This document shows positions 19,603-31,085 of a stretch of DNA of 64,000 bases, piece by piece. Source of the DNA: an uncultured Planctomycetaceae bacterium (GTDB taxonomy: Bacteria; Planctomycetota; Planctomycetia; Planctomycetales; Planctomycetaceae); NCBI GenBank assembly GCA_963813715.1, contig CAWFAK010000005.1:704001-768000 (forward strand). The letters run 5' to 3'. The position numbers and the translations under genes were made by a program. The first letter of the stretch is position 1, and every line of letters starts with the position of its first letter. The notes under the pieces are model-generated. The model searched no databases and was not told the origin of the DNA. It saw only the letters and a program-made list of their open reading frames with translations.

Positions 19603-21888
19603 ATGGCCCGTCCGAAGCTGATTCACCCCGGCCAACCGCTGGTTGTCCGCGCGATCCTGGGACTCTACGAGTTCTTCGCCTCGCTCAAGCTGGCCGTGGT
19701 GCTGATTTTGCTCTTGGCGATCGTCCTGGGGACGGCCACCTTCGTGGAGGCCAACTATGGGACGGCGGCCGTCGGCTTTTTGATCTACCACACCTGGTTT
19801 TTTGCCGCCCTTCTCTCGTTGCTGGCTCTCAGCATCTTTTGCGCGGCGGCCATTCGCTTTCCGTGGAAGCGGCACCAAACCGGCTTTGTGATCACGCACA
19901 TCGGCTTGCTCACCCTGTTGGCCGGCTCGGCGATCAGCGATCGGGGGAGCGTGAACTCGCAGATGCCCGTCTATCTGGGCGACTCGAATCAGGCGGCCGT
20001 CGATATGGACCAGTCGCTGATCTCGATCAGCAACATTCCGGGACATCCCGAGCAGCTCGACGTCAGGTTCCAGCCGGGACCTTTCAACTGGAGCGACCTG
20101 GCGCCCTATCCGATCACGCGGCGCCTAAAGTCCTGGGTGGGAATCGACAATTCGAGCCAGACGTGGCGGCACCCGCCGCAGACGCTCTACAACGACGGCA
20201 AAACCAAGCTCGAAGTCGTCGATTACTACTCGCGGAGCGCGGTTCATGGCACTCCCTACCTGAGCCTTCGGTTCTACCAGCCCAAGTTCAAGATGGAGAT
20301 CCCCGTCGAGCTGTCGACACGGCACGACAAGCCCGTTGCCGAGGCTCCGCTGGGCATGGTGGGCGACGTTTTCATGTGGCGCAGCGACGAGCCCGACGCG
20401 CTCACCGCCTTCAAAGAATGCAAACCCGACCGCACCGTCGAAGGTGATGGGATGGTCGCCTTCTGGTGTAAGGGCGAAACGATCTGCGCGTCCGTGAAGG
20501 AACTCAAGAAGCTCAAGGCCCAGGGCAAACGCTTCGAGCTGCCCGACGGGTTGAGCGTCGAGCTGGCCGGCTACTCCGATTCGGTCGACCTGCAATCGCT
20601 GATCCACGGAAAAGGCCTGATCCCCGCGGGCTCCGACGGCGAAGACCTGGGGCCTACCGTCGAGCTGTTCGTGTACGAGAAAGGCGCGGCGGCTACCTCG
20701 CCTGCAAAGGTGGATGAGAAAGAGAAAGCGGACAAAGCGAAGGCGGACAAAAAAGAGGCCCCAACCGCTCCGGAACCCCGGTCGCACGTGCTGCGGTTCG
20801 CCCAGTATCCCTACATGCCGGGAGGCAAACAGCCGGCCGGATTTCAGGCGGAGTTTTACCATCCATCGACCAAAGGCCGCGTCGAGATCCTGATCGGCCC
20901 GGGCGACAAGCTGGCCTATCGGGCCTGGCAAAAGGCCCTCGGCCGGGTCACCGCCTCGGGCGATTTGGAGATCGGAAAAACGGTCGATACGTTCTCGATG
21001 GGAGGAGGCGGCGACGCGTCGGGAAGCGAACGGTCCGTGATGACGATGACGCCCTTGCGTTACATCGGTCCGGGCCAGGAAGGGACCGAGCGCATCGGGC
21101 CCAACCAGGTCATCGTCTCGCTCCCCTTCGAAAAGTCCGAGGAGAAGTCGGAGCGCGGCCTGACGAAAGCCGCGCGGATGCGGCTCACCTGGACCGATTC
21201 CTCCGGGCAAACCAAGCAGGACGACTTCTGGCTCACGCAAAACCTGCCCTCTCAGTGGCCCGGCGCGGGACGCCGCCAGGTGCACCAAACCGACATCGGG
21301 GCCGACAAGCCGGTCCTGGCCTCGCTCAACGTGCGGGAAACGAACGTCGGGTTCGCGATGAAGCTCGTCAATTTCGATCTCGAAGTCGATCCGGGCACCA
21401 AGATGGCCAGTAATTACACGAGCCACCTAGTGCAGGTCGACGTCCGCCACGACCCGGAAATCGAGCAGCTCCGCCAGCGGCTGGCTGAAGCCTCCGATCC
21501 CGCCAGCAAGCAGGCGGCCCGCGTCGCGCTCGATGAAGCGCTCAACGCGCGGATCGAGGCCGAGCTGCAAAAGCTCAAGGGCAAGTCCGACGCCGAGGCG
21601 AAAAAGATCGTCGAGAACAGCTCCGACATGTCCAACATCGTGGTGACGATGAACCGGCCGCTCGATTATCCCGACCTCGACGGCCGCAGTTTGCGATTTT
21701 TCCAGGAAAACTACCTGGCCCCGGACAAAGAACGGGGCACGCCGCTGGGTTCGGTCTTCCGCGTGAACTATGATCCGGGACGGCCCGTGAAGTACCTGGG
21801 TTCAGGACTGATCGTCTTTGGGATCTTCCTGATGTTTTACATGCGGGCTTACTTCTTCAAGCGGCCTGCTCAAGGAGCCGTGTCATGA
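19603..21888 (+). CDS. ResB/CcsB-like cytochrome c biogenesis protein (System II)
   Basis: N-terminal TMs FASLKLAVVL...GTATFVE..YG...IYHTWFF, GFVITHIGLL (conserved His), NYTS, MNRPLDY, FFQ and C-terminal DPGRPVKYLG..LIVFG. Confidence 0.8.
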   Translation: MARPKLIHPGQPLVVRAILGLYEFFASLKLAVVLILLLAIVLGTATFVEANYGTAAVGFLIYHTWFFAALLSLLALSIFCAAAIRFPWKRHQTGFVITHIGLLTLLAGSAISDRGSVNSQMPVYLGDSNQAAVDMDQSLISISNIPGHPEQLDVRFQPGPFNWSDLAPYPITRRLKSWVGIDNSSQTWRHPPQTLYNDGKTKLEVVDYYSRSAVHGTPYLSLRFYQPKFKMEIPVELSTRHDKPVAEAPLGMVGDVFMWRSDEPDALTAFKECKPDRTVEGDGMVAFWCKGETICASVKELKKLKAQGKRFELPDGLSVELAGYSDSVDLQSLIHGKGLIPAGSDGEDLGPTVELFVYEKGAAATSPAKVDEKEKADKAKADKKEAPTAPEPRSHVLRFAQYPYMPGGKQPAGFQAEFYHPSTKGRVEILIGPGDKLAYRAWQKALGRVTASGDLEIGKTVDTFSMGGGGDASGSERSVMTMTPLRYIGPGQEGTERIGPNQVIVSLPFEKSEEKSERGLTKAARMRLTWTDSSGQTKQDDFWLTQNLPSQWPGAGRRQVHQTDIGADKPVLASLNVRETNVGFAMKLVNFDLEVDPGTKMASNYTSHLVQVDVRHDPEIEQLRQRLAEASDPASKQAARVALDEALNARIEAELQKLKGKSDAEAKKIVENSSDMSNIVVTMNRPLDYPDLDGRSLRFFQENYLAPDKERGTPLGSVFRVNYDPGRPVKYLGSGLIVFGIFLMFYMRAYFFKRPAQGAVS

Positions 21889-24855
21889 TCCGGACGGCCG
21901 TCGGTTCTTGCGGTGCTGTGCCTCGCGCAGCAGTCGGGCCTCGTTTTTCTTCCCGTCAGCCTCGCGGCCGATGCTCCTGGGGCCAATGCTCCTGGGGCCG
22001 AGAAATCAATCTCCACCGCGACCACCGCCGCCACACCGAGCGCAACCGCTACGCGCATCGCCCATCCGAATTTCGATTGGTCCGGCTGGCAGCGAATCCC
22101 CGTCTTCAGCGACGGCCGCCTGAAGCCGCTGGACAGCCTGGCGGATGAAACCGTCAACGTCGTGACTGGCCGCTCGAAGTGGACGGACCCCGATGCCGAG
22201 GCGGCCGAGAGCAAAGAGCCGCACGTCTTTTTGGCCCCCGAGCTGCTCTATGGCTGGATCACCCGTCCGGACGAATGGATCGACCGGCCCATCTTCCGTT
22301 GCGAGTACCGTCCGCTCCGCGAAATCCTCAATACCGACACGATCAAGATCCCCGTCACTGGGACGTTCGTTTCGCTCGGGCAAATCCTCGACTGGAAAAA
22401 ATCGCAAGAGACCGGGCGCCCCGCCTACTGGTCGAAGAACCTGGAAGAGCGGCTGATCGCGCTCGACCGCGCGAACGGCAAGTCGCCGGACAGCGTGGGA
22501 GACACCGCCGACGATCGCGCGATCAACGCCAAGGTGGCCGAGCTGTTTCATCACGTGAAGGCCTTCCTCGACATTCGGCACGGCAACGACGTCTACGTCG
22601 TTCCCGGTCTCGATCCGCGTGCCCTCTCCCGCCAAACCGATCCCGATGAGCGGATCAACGCCTGGGTCGCGTTGGGCAGCCTGCTCGAGGTCGACAAGTG
22701 GCGAGGCGGCGACGACGTGACGATTGCCGCCATCATGGCGACCGATCGCGACGACCTGGCCCGCACGCTGCTCGATCCGCGGCGGGCGGAACGGGAGGCG
22801 GAGGCCAGTCCGAACAACCCGCGTCACCTGGTGACCATGCTGCCGCAGCTGGCCCAGGCGCAAAACGTCAAAGGCGATCTGCAGACCGAAATCGCCAATC
22901 TCAAGAAGACACTCGGAGAGACGCGGACGGCTTACGACGCCAACGACCAGAAGGCCTTCGACAGCTCGATGCACGCCTTCGTCGAGCAGTTGCGGCGGTT
23001 GGCCAAGGCGCTCGAAGTGGCCCGCACCAAAATGGTGCCGCCGGAAGCCAAAGCCTTCAAATTCGATCTGGATGACAAGCTCAACGACATCATCTGGAGC
23101 CGCTACGAGCCGCTGCCGTTGTTCGAGCCGCAGATGGAGTTCTCCGCGTACCCGGCCGCCGGCTCGCTCGACACGGAGATTCTCTACAACAAGTATCAGC
23201 CGTTCCGCCAGGCGTGGATCGTCTTTCTGATCGCGCTGTGCGTGATGGTCGTTGCGGGAATGGCCAAATCGTCGCGGCTCGTTTATGCCTGCGGTCTGGC
23301 GATCACGGCAGCCGCCATTCTGTACGCGGCTTGGGGCTTTTCGCTGCGGGTTGCCATCGCTGGCCGGCCGCCCGTCACCAATATGTACGAGACGGTGATC
23401 TGGGCGTCGTTCGTCGTCTCCGTGCTCGGTTTTTGGTTCACCCTGCTGCCGCTGACTTGGCCCGGACTGAGCTGGGCCTGGCGACTGTCCGGAATGCCGA
23501 TCCGTCGCCGCGAAAACGACTCGTCGGTGCCGCCGCGTCTGGAGCTGGATCGGCCGAAGCCCGAAGACGCCGGCAAGATCTTCAGCCGCGCGATGGCCCC
23601 CGTGCAATGTATCGCTTCGCTCGTGCGGCTGAGCGCCTTCGCCGGCGTGGTCTGGTTTCTCACTCGCAGCGACACGTCGTTTCGCATCATCAAGCTCACG
23701 CCGCCGATCTTCGGCAAGGCCGTTTCCCTGTCGTCAGTGGGGACGTGGCTCGTGGGGATCGCCGTCGTCTGCGGGTGCGCCTGGTTCGGCTCACGGGCGG
23801 CGATTGCCGTGCTTTTGACGCCGTTCACCCTCATTCCGGAGGCGGCTCGCAACCGGGGCGAGCTGTGGCAGCAGACGTATCAGCGCCGCTATTTCCTGAT
23901 GGGTGCGCTGCCCGTCGCCTGCTTCGGAATGATGCTGGCCCACTTCGTCGGCATGACCAGCCCCGACATCTTCAATCCGCGGATCGGCTCGATCACGGCC
24001 GTGCTGCGTAACAATTACTGGCTGGCGATCCACGTCCTGACGATCGTTTCGAGCTATGGGGCCGGGGGACTGGCCTGGGGCCTGGGCAACCTGGCCATGC
24101 TCTATTACCTCTTCGGCAAGTACCGTGCGCCGGGACAGACATCGTCGGTGGCTCTCGCGGCCACCGGTGCAGGCCCCGCGCACAACGGCGGCCCGATCTT
24201 CGATCTCGACGCGCATTACCGCGGTGGCGAACCGTCGCTGGCCGCGCGGCTCAAGAAGGCGGGCGAGGCGCTCAAGCCGGCCATGCTGACCCGCACGATC
24301 AAGGCCGGCTTCGAGGACTTCGGCACGGGCGACGAACATCTGGCGGCGTCCCACGCGCGGCCACCCAAAGAAGTCGCCACGCTGGCAAGTTACACCTACA
24401 AGGCCCAGCAAGTGGCCGTGCTGCTGCTGGCGGCCGGCACGATCCTGGGCGGATTGTGGGCCGACGTCTCCTGGGGTCGCTTCTGGGATTGGGATCCGAA
24501 AGAAGTGTGGGCGCTGATCTCGCTGTTGGCCTATCTCGTCGTGCTCCACGGCCGCTACGCCGGCTGGGTCGGCACTTTCGGCACCAACGTGGGCGGCGTG
24601 CTCTGTTTCTCGGCGATCTTGTTCTCGTGGTACGGCGTCAACTTTGTGCTGCCGATGGTGAACGGCTGGCTGCAAGGAACGAACATGCCGACGGAAGTCG
24701 GCCTGCATGCGTACGCGGTTGGGTCGGGCGGACTGGGTTACGTGTCGACCGCGGTGGTGCTGAACCTGCTGTTGGTTGCCGCCGCTTGGGGTCGCTATGC
24801 CGCGGAGACCACCGACTTGCTTTCGCGATCGACGGCCGCCAAGAGCGAAACGTAA
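21885..24855 (+). CDS. ccsA: CcsA/ResC cytochrome c biogenesis protein (System II heme lyase subunit)
   Basis: GRLKPLDS, GRPPVTNMYET, VLRNNYWLAIHV..IVSSY, GTILGGLWA, WWD motif SWGRFWDWDPKEVW and GLHAYA. ATG at 21885 overlaps the resB stop (ATGA); indel near 21910; main ORF 21913..24855. Confidence 0.88.
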
Positions 24856-24908
24856 CCGGTCGCCGCGGGCACGTCGGCCCACTGATTTGCGGCAAACACC
24901 ATCCTACG

Positions 24909-25691
<783 letters not shown>

Positions 25692-25784
25692 GATCGTGAT
25701 GCCTCAAAGCAGATTGGTCAGAGAAAAGCAGATTGGTGAAGGACCGGCAGGATTAGGCGGCAACCCGTTCGGCGAACGCCCCAG

Positions 25785-26633
25785 TCAGCGAACACCGTCG
25801 CGCGGCGCGGTCTGAACAATTTCGGGGTCGGAGTGGGAAGTGCCGCGGCCCGGTCGGAAGTATCTCATCGATTCCTTGACGACGACGCTCCGCGGGGCCA
25901 TGCGCACCAGCATGGTCACGAAGTAGTTCCGCCACCCCGGGATATAGCACTGTTTGCGTTTTTCCAGCGCACGCAGCGCGCCCTTGGCCACTTTTTCGGC
26001 GGAATGAGAGGGGCGCCGCTTGAGCCAGCCGGGCACTCCGGCGACGTCGAAGAGTTCCGTCCGCGTCGTGCCGGGGCAAACGGCCATCAGGCTCACACCT
26101 CGTCCGCGGACCTCGGCCCAGAGGGCCTCCGTAAAGTTCAAGATGTAGCTTTTGCTGGCAGCGTAAGCGGCCATGTAGGCCACAGGCTGAAACGCGGCGA
26201 CCGACGAGACGTTCAAGATGGCGCCGTGGCCGCGGGCCAGCATTCCGGGCAGGAATCGGTAGGTGAGGTCGGTGACCGTCATCACGTTGAGCCGCAGCAT
26301 CTGTTCGATCCGCTCGCTGTCGGTCTTTTCGACTTCGCCGACGACGGCAAATCCGGCGTTATTGATGAGTAGCTCGATCGTGATGCCCCGTTGGGCCACC
26401 TGGTCGAAAAGGGCCGCTGGTTCGCGCGGATCCGATAGGTCGCTGGAGATGACTTCGCAGTTGGAGCGGTGCCGGGCGTGCAATTCGGCGGCCAGCTCGT
26501 TGAGGCGATCGGTCCGGCGCGCCGCCAGCACCAGATGCATGCCGCGGGCTGCGAGCAAGCGGGCGAATTCGGCACCGATCCCTGATGACGCGCCGGTGAC
26601 GAGTGCCCAGCGTTCGGCATATTGATCGAGCAA
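25785..26633 (-). CDS. SDR family oxidoreductase
   Basis: TGASSGIG, INNAG, NVSS and YAASK; TTG start at 26633 after SD-like GGGGAG. Confidence 0.9.
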   Translation of the reverse strand: MLDQYAERWALVTGASSGIGAEFARLLAARGMHLVLAARRTDRLNELAAELHARHRSNCEVISSDLSDPREPAALFDQVAQRGITIELLINNAGFAVVGEVEKTDSERIEQMLRLNVMTVTDLTYRFLPGMLARGHGAILNVSSVAAFQPVAYMAAYAASKSYILNFTEALWAEVRGRGVSLMAVCPGTTRTELFDVAGVPGWLKRRPSHSAEKVAKGALRALEKRKQCYIPGWRNYFVTMLVRMAPRSVVVKESMRYFRPGRGTSHSDPEIVQTAPRDGVR

Positions 26634-26866
26634 CGCACTCCCCCCGCGAGCGAATCCCGTTCGTCGCCCCAAAATCCTAGCAGATCCCCCAACAAACCAA
26701 AACGAGCCGCGGCGAGGCAGCAAGCGAGGCCCCGCAGAGCCGTCGGATCGTTTCGTCCAAAGCTCTTTTTCGGTACAGTCGGGTTCGGGAAGCGAGGTTG
26801 GAGCCGAGCGCGAGCGGAACGAAAATCGAGCCCCAAATTTCCCCTGACAATCTGCGTTGCAGTTTC

Positions 26867-26895
26867 TTGACAAAGAACACAAGCCTCACTACTAT
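26867..26895 (+). promoter_or_regulatory. sigma70 promoter of the S10 operon
   Basis: TTGACA (26867-26872), 17 nt spacer, TACTAT (26890-26895), about 70 nt upstream of rpsJ. Confidence 0.8.
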
Positions 26896-26962
26896 CACGG
26901 GTTTCCCGCGTTGCGGGAGCTAGGGCGAAGTTGACGTAAATCCTTTGTTGGGGAGACTTTGA

Positions 26963-27295
26963 GTGGCGGGCGGGAGCCAAGAACGGATTCGGATTCGGAT
27001 GGAGGCGTACGACCATTCCGTTCTCGATCAGTCGGCATCGGAAATTGTCGACACGGCGAAGAGGACGGGTGCCGTCGTGCACGGTCCGATTCCCCTGCCT
27101 ACTCGCATCGAACGGTACACGGTGCTGCGCAGTCCGCACATCGACAAGAAATCCCGTGAGCAGTTCGAGATTCGCACCCACAAACGATTGATTGACATCA
27201 TCCAGCCGACGGGAAAGACTATCGACGCGTTGAACAAGCTGTCGCTGCCTGCGGGCGTCGACATCAAGATCAAGGCGTCGGCGGGGGGAGGTTGA
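26963..27295 (+). CDS. rpsJ: 30S ribosomal protein S10
   Basis: [12 protein letters not shown]...GPIPLPT...[23 protein letters not shown]. Confidence 0.97.
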   Translation: MAGGSQERIRIRMEAYDHSVLDQSASEIVDTAKRTGAVVHGPIPLPTRIERYTVLRSPHIDKKSREQFEIRTHKRLIDIIQPTGKTIDALNKLSLPAGVDIKIKASAGGG

Positions 27296-27672
27296 GGACG
27301 AACAACGTCGAACGTCTGAATGATGATTGCCGCGCCACAATCTGAGGCGCGGTCTTTCGTCAAAACTGACGTCGAACTGCAAATCGTCGGGCCGCTTGAA
27401 GCGTGCCCGCTGGCTGAGTCGCTTGGCAAAAGTGGACTCTGGCAAGCGCGATCGATTGCGGTGCTCGTCCCGTGTCCCCGAGCAGGATTCACATCGGCAG
27501 CCTCTCGGCTCTGCCGCGAAAAATCACCAGTGCAGTCGCACGTGTGCTTCGCCGCCCGTGCCGCCACACTGCCGTTACAGTTAACGAATCACAGTTTCGG
27601 CTTGTCGACTTTTGCTCGTCGCCACGTCGATGGAACTTGCGAATCGAATCGCATCGTTGGGATGTTTCCGCC

Positions 27673-28389
27673 ATGCGAATGGGAATACTGGGCCGCAAAG
27701 TCGGCATGACGCAGGTGTACGACGCGGAGGGAAACCTCCACGCGGTGACCGTCATCGAGGCCGGCCCGTGCACCGTGCTGGCGGTACGGACCAAGGAGCG
27801 TGACGGTTACGAGGCGGTGCAGCTGGGCTTCGTCGACAAGAAGCGTAAGCAGGCCAGTCGCGCCGAGCGCGGACAGGTTGCCAACCTCGAGGGGCGCCGC
27901 CAGAAGCGGCGGGTCTCGCTCGGTCAGCCGGCCGTTGCCAAGGCCAACTGCGAGCCCAAGCGTTACATCCGCGAGTTCCGAACCGAGGGGGACGAGCACG
28001 GCCTCGAGGTCGGCGGCGAAGTCAAACTGTCGATTTTGAGCGAGATCAAACGCGTCGACCTGATCGGCTTGACCAAGGGCCGTGGACACACCGGCGTGAT
28101 GAAGCGGCACAACTTCCAGGGGCAGGGTGCCACTCACGGCGTCAAGCGGATGCACCGCCACGGCGGCTCGATCGGTGCCAGTGCCGACCCGTCGCACGTC
28201 GTTAAGGGCAAGCGGATGCCGGGCCGTTACGGCGGCGAACAGGTCACCATGCGGAACATTTCGGTGTTTAAGGTGGACGCGGAAACGAACATGCTGTTGG
28301 TGGAAGGATCGGTTCCCGGTCCGACCGGCGGCTGGGTCGTGATCCGGCCGACCAAGAAGCACGGGAAGAAAGAACAACCGACGAAGTAG
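27673..28389 (+). CDS. rplC: 50S ribosomal protein L3
   Basis: GILGRKVGMTQ, DGYEAVQLG, TKGRGHTGVMKRHNF and KGKRMPGRYG. Confidence 0.97.
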   Translation: MRMGILGRKVGMTQVYDAEGNLHAVTVIEAGPCTVLAVRTKERDGYEAVQLGFVDKKRKQASRAERGQVANLEGRRQKRRVSLGQPAVAKANCEPKRYIREFRTEGDEHGLEVGGEVKLSILSEIKRVDLIGLTKGRGHTGVMKRHNFQGQGATHGVKRMHRHGGSIGASADPSHVVKGKRMPGRYGGEQVTMRNISVFKVDAETNMLLVEGSVPGPTGGWVVIRPTKKHGKKEQPTK

Positions 28390-28412
28390 TCGCTGACTGG
28401 TGGACCAGAGTC

Positions 28413-29078
28413 ATGGCCGAAGTGAAATCCAAAATCACCGTCGCAGTTCGCGACAAGACCGGTCAGTCGGTCGGCAGCGTCAATTTCGACGCTGACGAAC
28501 TGGCGCCCGGTATTAACAAGCAGCTGCTGCACGACGTGGTGGTCATGTACGAGGCCAACCGTCGCGTTGGCACCGTCCAGAACCGCAACCGCGCCCAAAC
28601 CGAGGGCAGCACCAAAAAGCTTTATCGGCAGAAGGGGACAGGCCGGGCTCGCGCCGGAACGCTGCGGACGGGCACACGTCGCGGCGGCGGTCGCGCCCAC
28701 GCTCGCTACCCGATCGATTACAGCTATCGCCTGCCCAAGAAGGCCGTGCGCCTGGCGACCCGGATGGCCCTGTTGAGCAAGTTCATCGACGAGCAGGTGA
28801 CGTTGCTCAACGAGCTCTCGATCGCCGAGCCCAAGACCAAGGCGATCGCCGGCATGCTGAAGTCGCTGGGGCTCTCGAAGACGAGTTGCCTGCTCGCGAT
28901 CGAAGCGCACGACGGCAAGGTGTGGCGCTCGGGACGCAACATTCCGACGCTGCAGATCTCCAGCTGCGACGATCTCAATGCCTACGACCTGTTGCACCAG
29001 CGGCAATTGATTTTGACGCGGGGCGCCCTCGAGCGGCTGCGGAAGGGCTCCAAAAAGCCGGCCGCGGCAAAAGGATAA
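28413..29078 (+). CDS. rplD: 50S ribosomal protein L4
   Basis: KKLYRQKGTGRARAG, RRGGGRAH, YRLPKK and RNIP. Confidence 0.97.
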   Translation: MAEVKSKITVAVRDKTGQSVGSVNFDADELAPGINKQLLHDVVVMYEANRRVGTVQNRNRAQTEGSTKKLYRQKGTGRARAGTLRTGTRRGGGRAHARYPIDYSYRLPKKAVRLATRMALLSKFIDEQVTLLNELSIAEPKTKAIAGMLKSLGLSKTSCLLAIEAHDGKVWRSGRNIPTLQISSCDDLNAYDLLHQRQLILTRGALERLRKGSKKPAAAKG

Positions 29079-29084
29079 CCAATC

Positions 29085-29393
29085 ATGGCCGAGGCAACTG
29101 CTCCCAAGATCAAGTTGGAACCGTACCAAGTGGTGCTGCACCCCCTGGTGACGGAAAAGGGAACGCACATTTCCGAGCGGCACAACGCCTATACGTTCAG
29201 CGTCGCGCCGATGGCGACCAAGACCGAGATCAAGCACGCCGTCGAGGAATTGTGGAGCGTTCGCGTCCTCAAAGTTCGCACGCAGAATCGCAAGGGGAAA
29301 GTTCGGCGTCACCGCCTCAAGGCGGGGCACACGTCCGCTTGGAAGAAGGCGATCGTCGAGCTGAATCCCGAAGATCGGATCGTGTTCTTCTAA
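29085..29393 (+). CDS. rplW: 50S ribosomal protein L23
   Basis: PLVTEKG, ATKTEIKHAVE and WKKAIVEL. Confidence 0.97.
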   Translation: MAEATAPKIKLEPYQVVLHPLVTEKGTHISERHNAYTFSVAPMATKTEIKHAVEELWSVRVLKVRTQNRKGKVRRHRLKAGHTSAWKKAIVELNPEDRIVFF

Positions 29394-29455
29394 GGATTCT
29401 TCGCAGGCGTCTTCAGGGCGACATTGCTCCCCGTTGAATCGTCAGGACTGTTCCG

Positions 29456-30313
29456 ATGGGCATACGAAAATACAAGCCGACCTCTCCCGGACGCCGCGCG
29501 GGCTCGGTGAGCGATTTTTCGGAGATCACCGATCCGAAAAAGGAGCCGGAGAAGCTCCTCTCGTTCCGGATGAAGAAGAAGGGCGGCCGCAACTTCCAGG
29601 GTCGCATCACGGCCCGGCACCGCGGCGGCGGGCACAAGAAGATTTACCGGATGATCGACTTCGACCGGGACAAGGACGGCGTCCCCGCGAAGGTGGCCTT
29701 CATCGAATACGATCCCAATCGCTCGGCCCGCATCGCGCTGTTGCATTATGCCGACGGCGAGAAGCGATACATCCTCGCCCCCGAGGGGCTGAAGGTCGGC
29801 GACAAGGTCGAGAGCGGACTGGCAGTTGAGCCCAACGTCGGCAACGCGATGCCGCTGGAAAAGATTCCGCCGGGCACGCAGGTCCACTGCATCGAAATGC
29901 AGCCGGGAAGCGGCGGCCAGCTGTGCCGTACGGCCGGCGTGCACGCGGTGATGAACGCCCGCGAAGGGAAGTGGGCCCAGATCACACTGCCGTCCGGTGA
30001 AGTGCGGCGGCTCCCCAGCGCGTGCCGCGCGACCGTGGGCGTGATCGGCAATTCCGACCATATCAACGTTTCGATCGGCAAGGCGGGACGCAAGCGATGG
30101 ATGGGACGGCGTCCCCATGTCCGCGGCGTCGCCATGAACCCGGTCGCTCACCCGATGGGCGGCGGCGAAGGCCGCAGCTCGGGCGGACGGCATCCTTGCA
30201 GCCCGACCGGCGTGCTCTCCAAGGGAGGCCGCACCCGCAAACGTCGCAAGCCGTCGTCCAAAGCCATTATTCGCCGTCGCAAGTCGCGCCGTTACGGCCA
30301 ATTGAAAATCTGA
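29456..30313 (+). CDS. rplB: 50S ribosomal protein L2
   Basis: [26 protein letters not shown] and [18 protein letters not shown]. Confidence 0.98.
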   Translation: MGIRKYKPTSPGRRAGSVSDFSEITDPKKEPEKLLSFRMKKKGGRNFQGRITARHRGGGHKKIYRMIDFDRDKDGVPAKVAFIEYDPNRSARIALLHYADGEKRYILAPEGLKVGDKVESGLAVEPNVGNAMPLEKIPPGTQVHCIEMQPGSGGQLCRTAGVHAVMNAREGKWAQITLPSGEVRRLPSACRATVGVIGNSDHINVSIGKAGRKRWMGRRPHVRGVAMNPVAHPMGGGEGRSSGGRHPCSPTGVLSKGGRTRKRRKPSSKAIIRRRKSRRYGQLKI

Positions 30314-30353
30314 CGCCAGACCACCGCCAGGAAGACCTCCGCCAGGAAAAGTT

Positions 30354-30623
30354 ATGGGACGTTCACTCAAAAAAGGTCCGTTCGTCGACGAAAAGCTCCT
30401 CAAGAAGGTGGAGCGGCTCACGATGTCGGCCAAGAAAGAGCCGATCAAGACCTGGGCGCGCCGCTCGACGGTGTCGCCCGAGTTCGTGGGCCACACCTTT
30501 TTGGTCCACGACGGTCGCAAGCACATCAGCGTCTACGTGACCGAAGAAATGGTCGGACACAAGCTGGGAGAGTTCGCCCCCTCCCGCACGTTCCGGGGCC
30601 ACGGGGCCAAGGGTAAGAAGTAG
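30354..30623 (+). CDS. rpsS: 30S ribosomal protein S19
   Basis: [12 protein letters not shown]...[15 protein letters not shown]. Confidence 0.98.
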   Translation: MGRSLKKGPFVDEKLLKKVERLTMSAKKEPIKTWARRSTVSPEFVGHTFLVHDGRKHISVYVTEEMVGHKLGEFAPSRTFRGHGAKGKK

Positions 30624-30699
30624 CGCGCGGTCTGGAAGCAGCCGCGTAAGTAACGAGCCAGCGCAAACAAGAAGAGCCGGAGAAAGAGGAGAATCGCCG

Positions 30700-31044
30700 A
30701 TGGCCCGCATTATGGCCAAGCACCGCTTCGCACGCATTGCGGCGACGAAGGTGCGTCCCTTTGCCGACCTGATCCGGAATCAGCCTGCGGGGGACGGTCT
30801 GCTCTTGCTCAAGTACGAGCCCAATCGCGGCGCGCGGATGCTGGAAAAGGTGCTCAAGAGCGCGATTGCCAACTGCGAAGATCGCGGGGCTCGCAACGTG
30901 GACAGTTTGAAGATCGTCGAAGCCTGCGTCGACGGCGGCCCGATGTTCAAACGGATGCTGCCCCGGTCGCGGGGCATGGCCAACGTCATCCGTCGCCGTT
31001 TCGCTCATATCCGCGTCGTGATCGACGTGCCCGAGCTGGCCTGA
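30700..31044 (+). CDS. rplV: 50S ribosomal protein L22
   Basis: KVRPFADLIR, KVLKSAIAN, VDGGP and PRSRG; alternative start at 30712. Confidence 0.96.
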   Translation: MARIMAKHRFARIAATKVRPFADLIRNQPAGDGLLLLKYEPNRGARMLEKVLKSAIANCEDRGARNVDSLKIVEACVDGGPMFKRMLPRSRGMANVIRRRFAHIRVVIDVPELA

Positions 31045-31085
31045 CAGAAAACACCAAAGACCGAACCGGTCCGCGAGACGAACTT

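Noticed and set aside
27320..27709. Protein-coding gene in the rpsJ-rplC spacer
   Set aside because: The ORF overlaps rplC out of frame and has atypical composition and no motifs.
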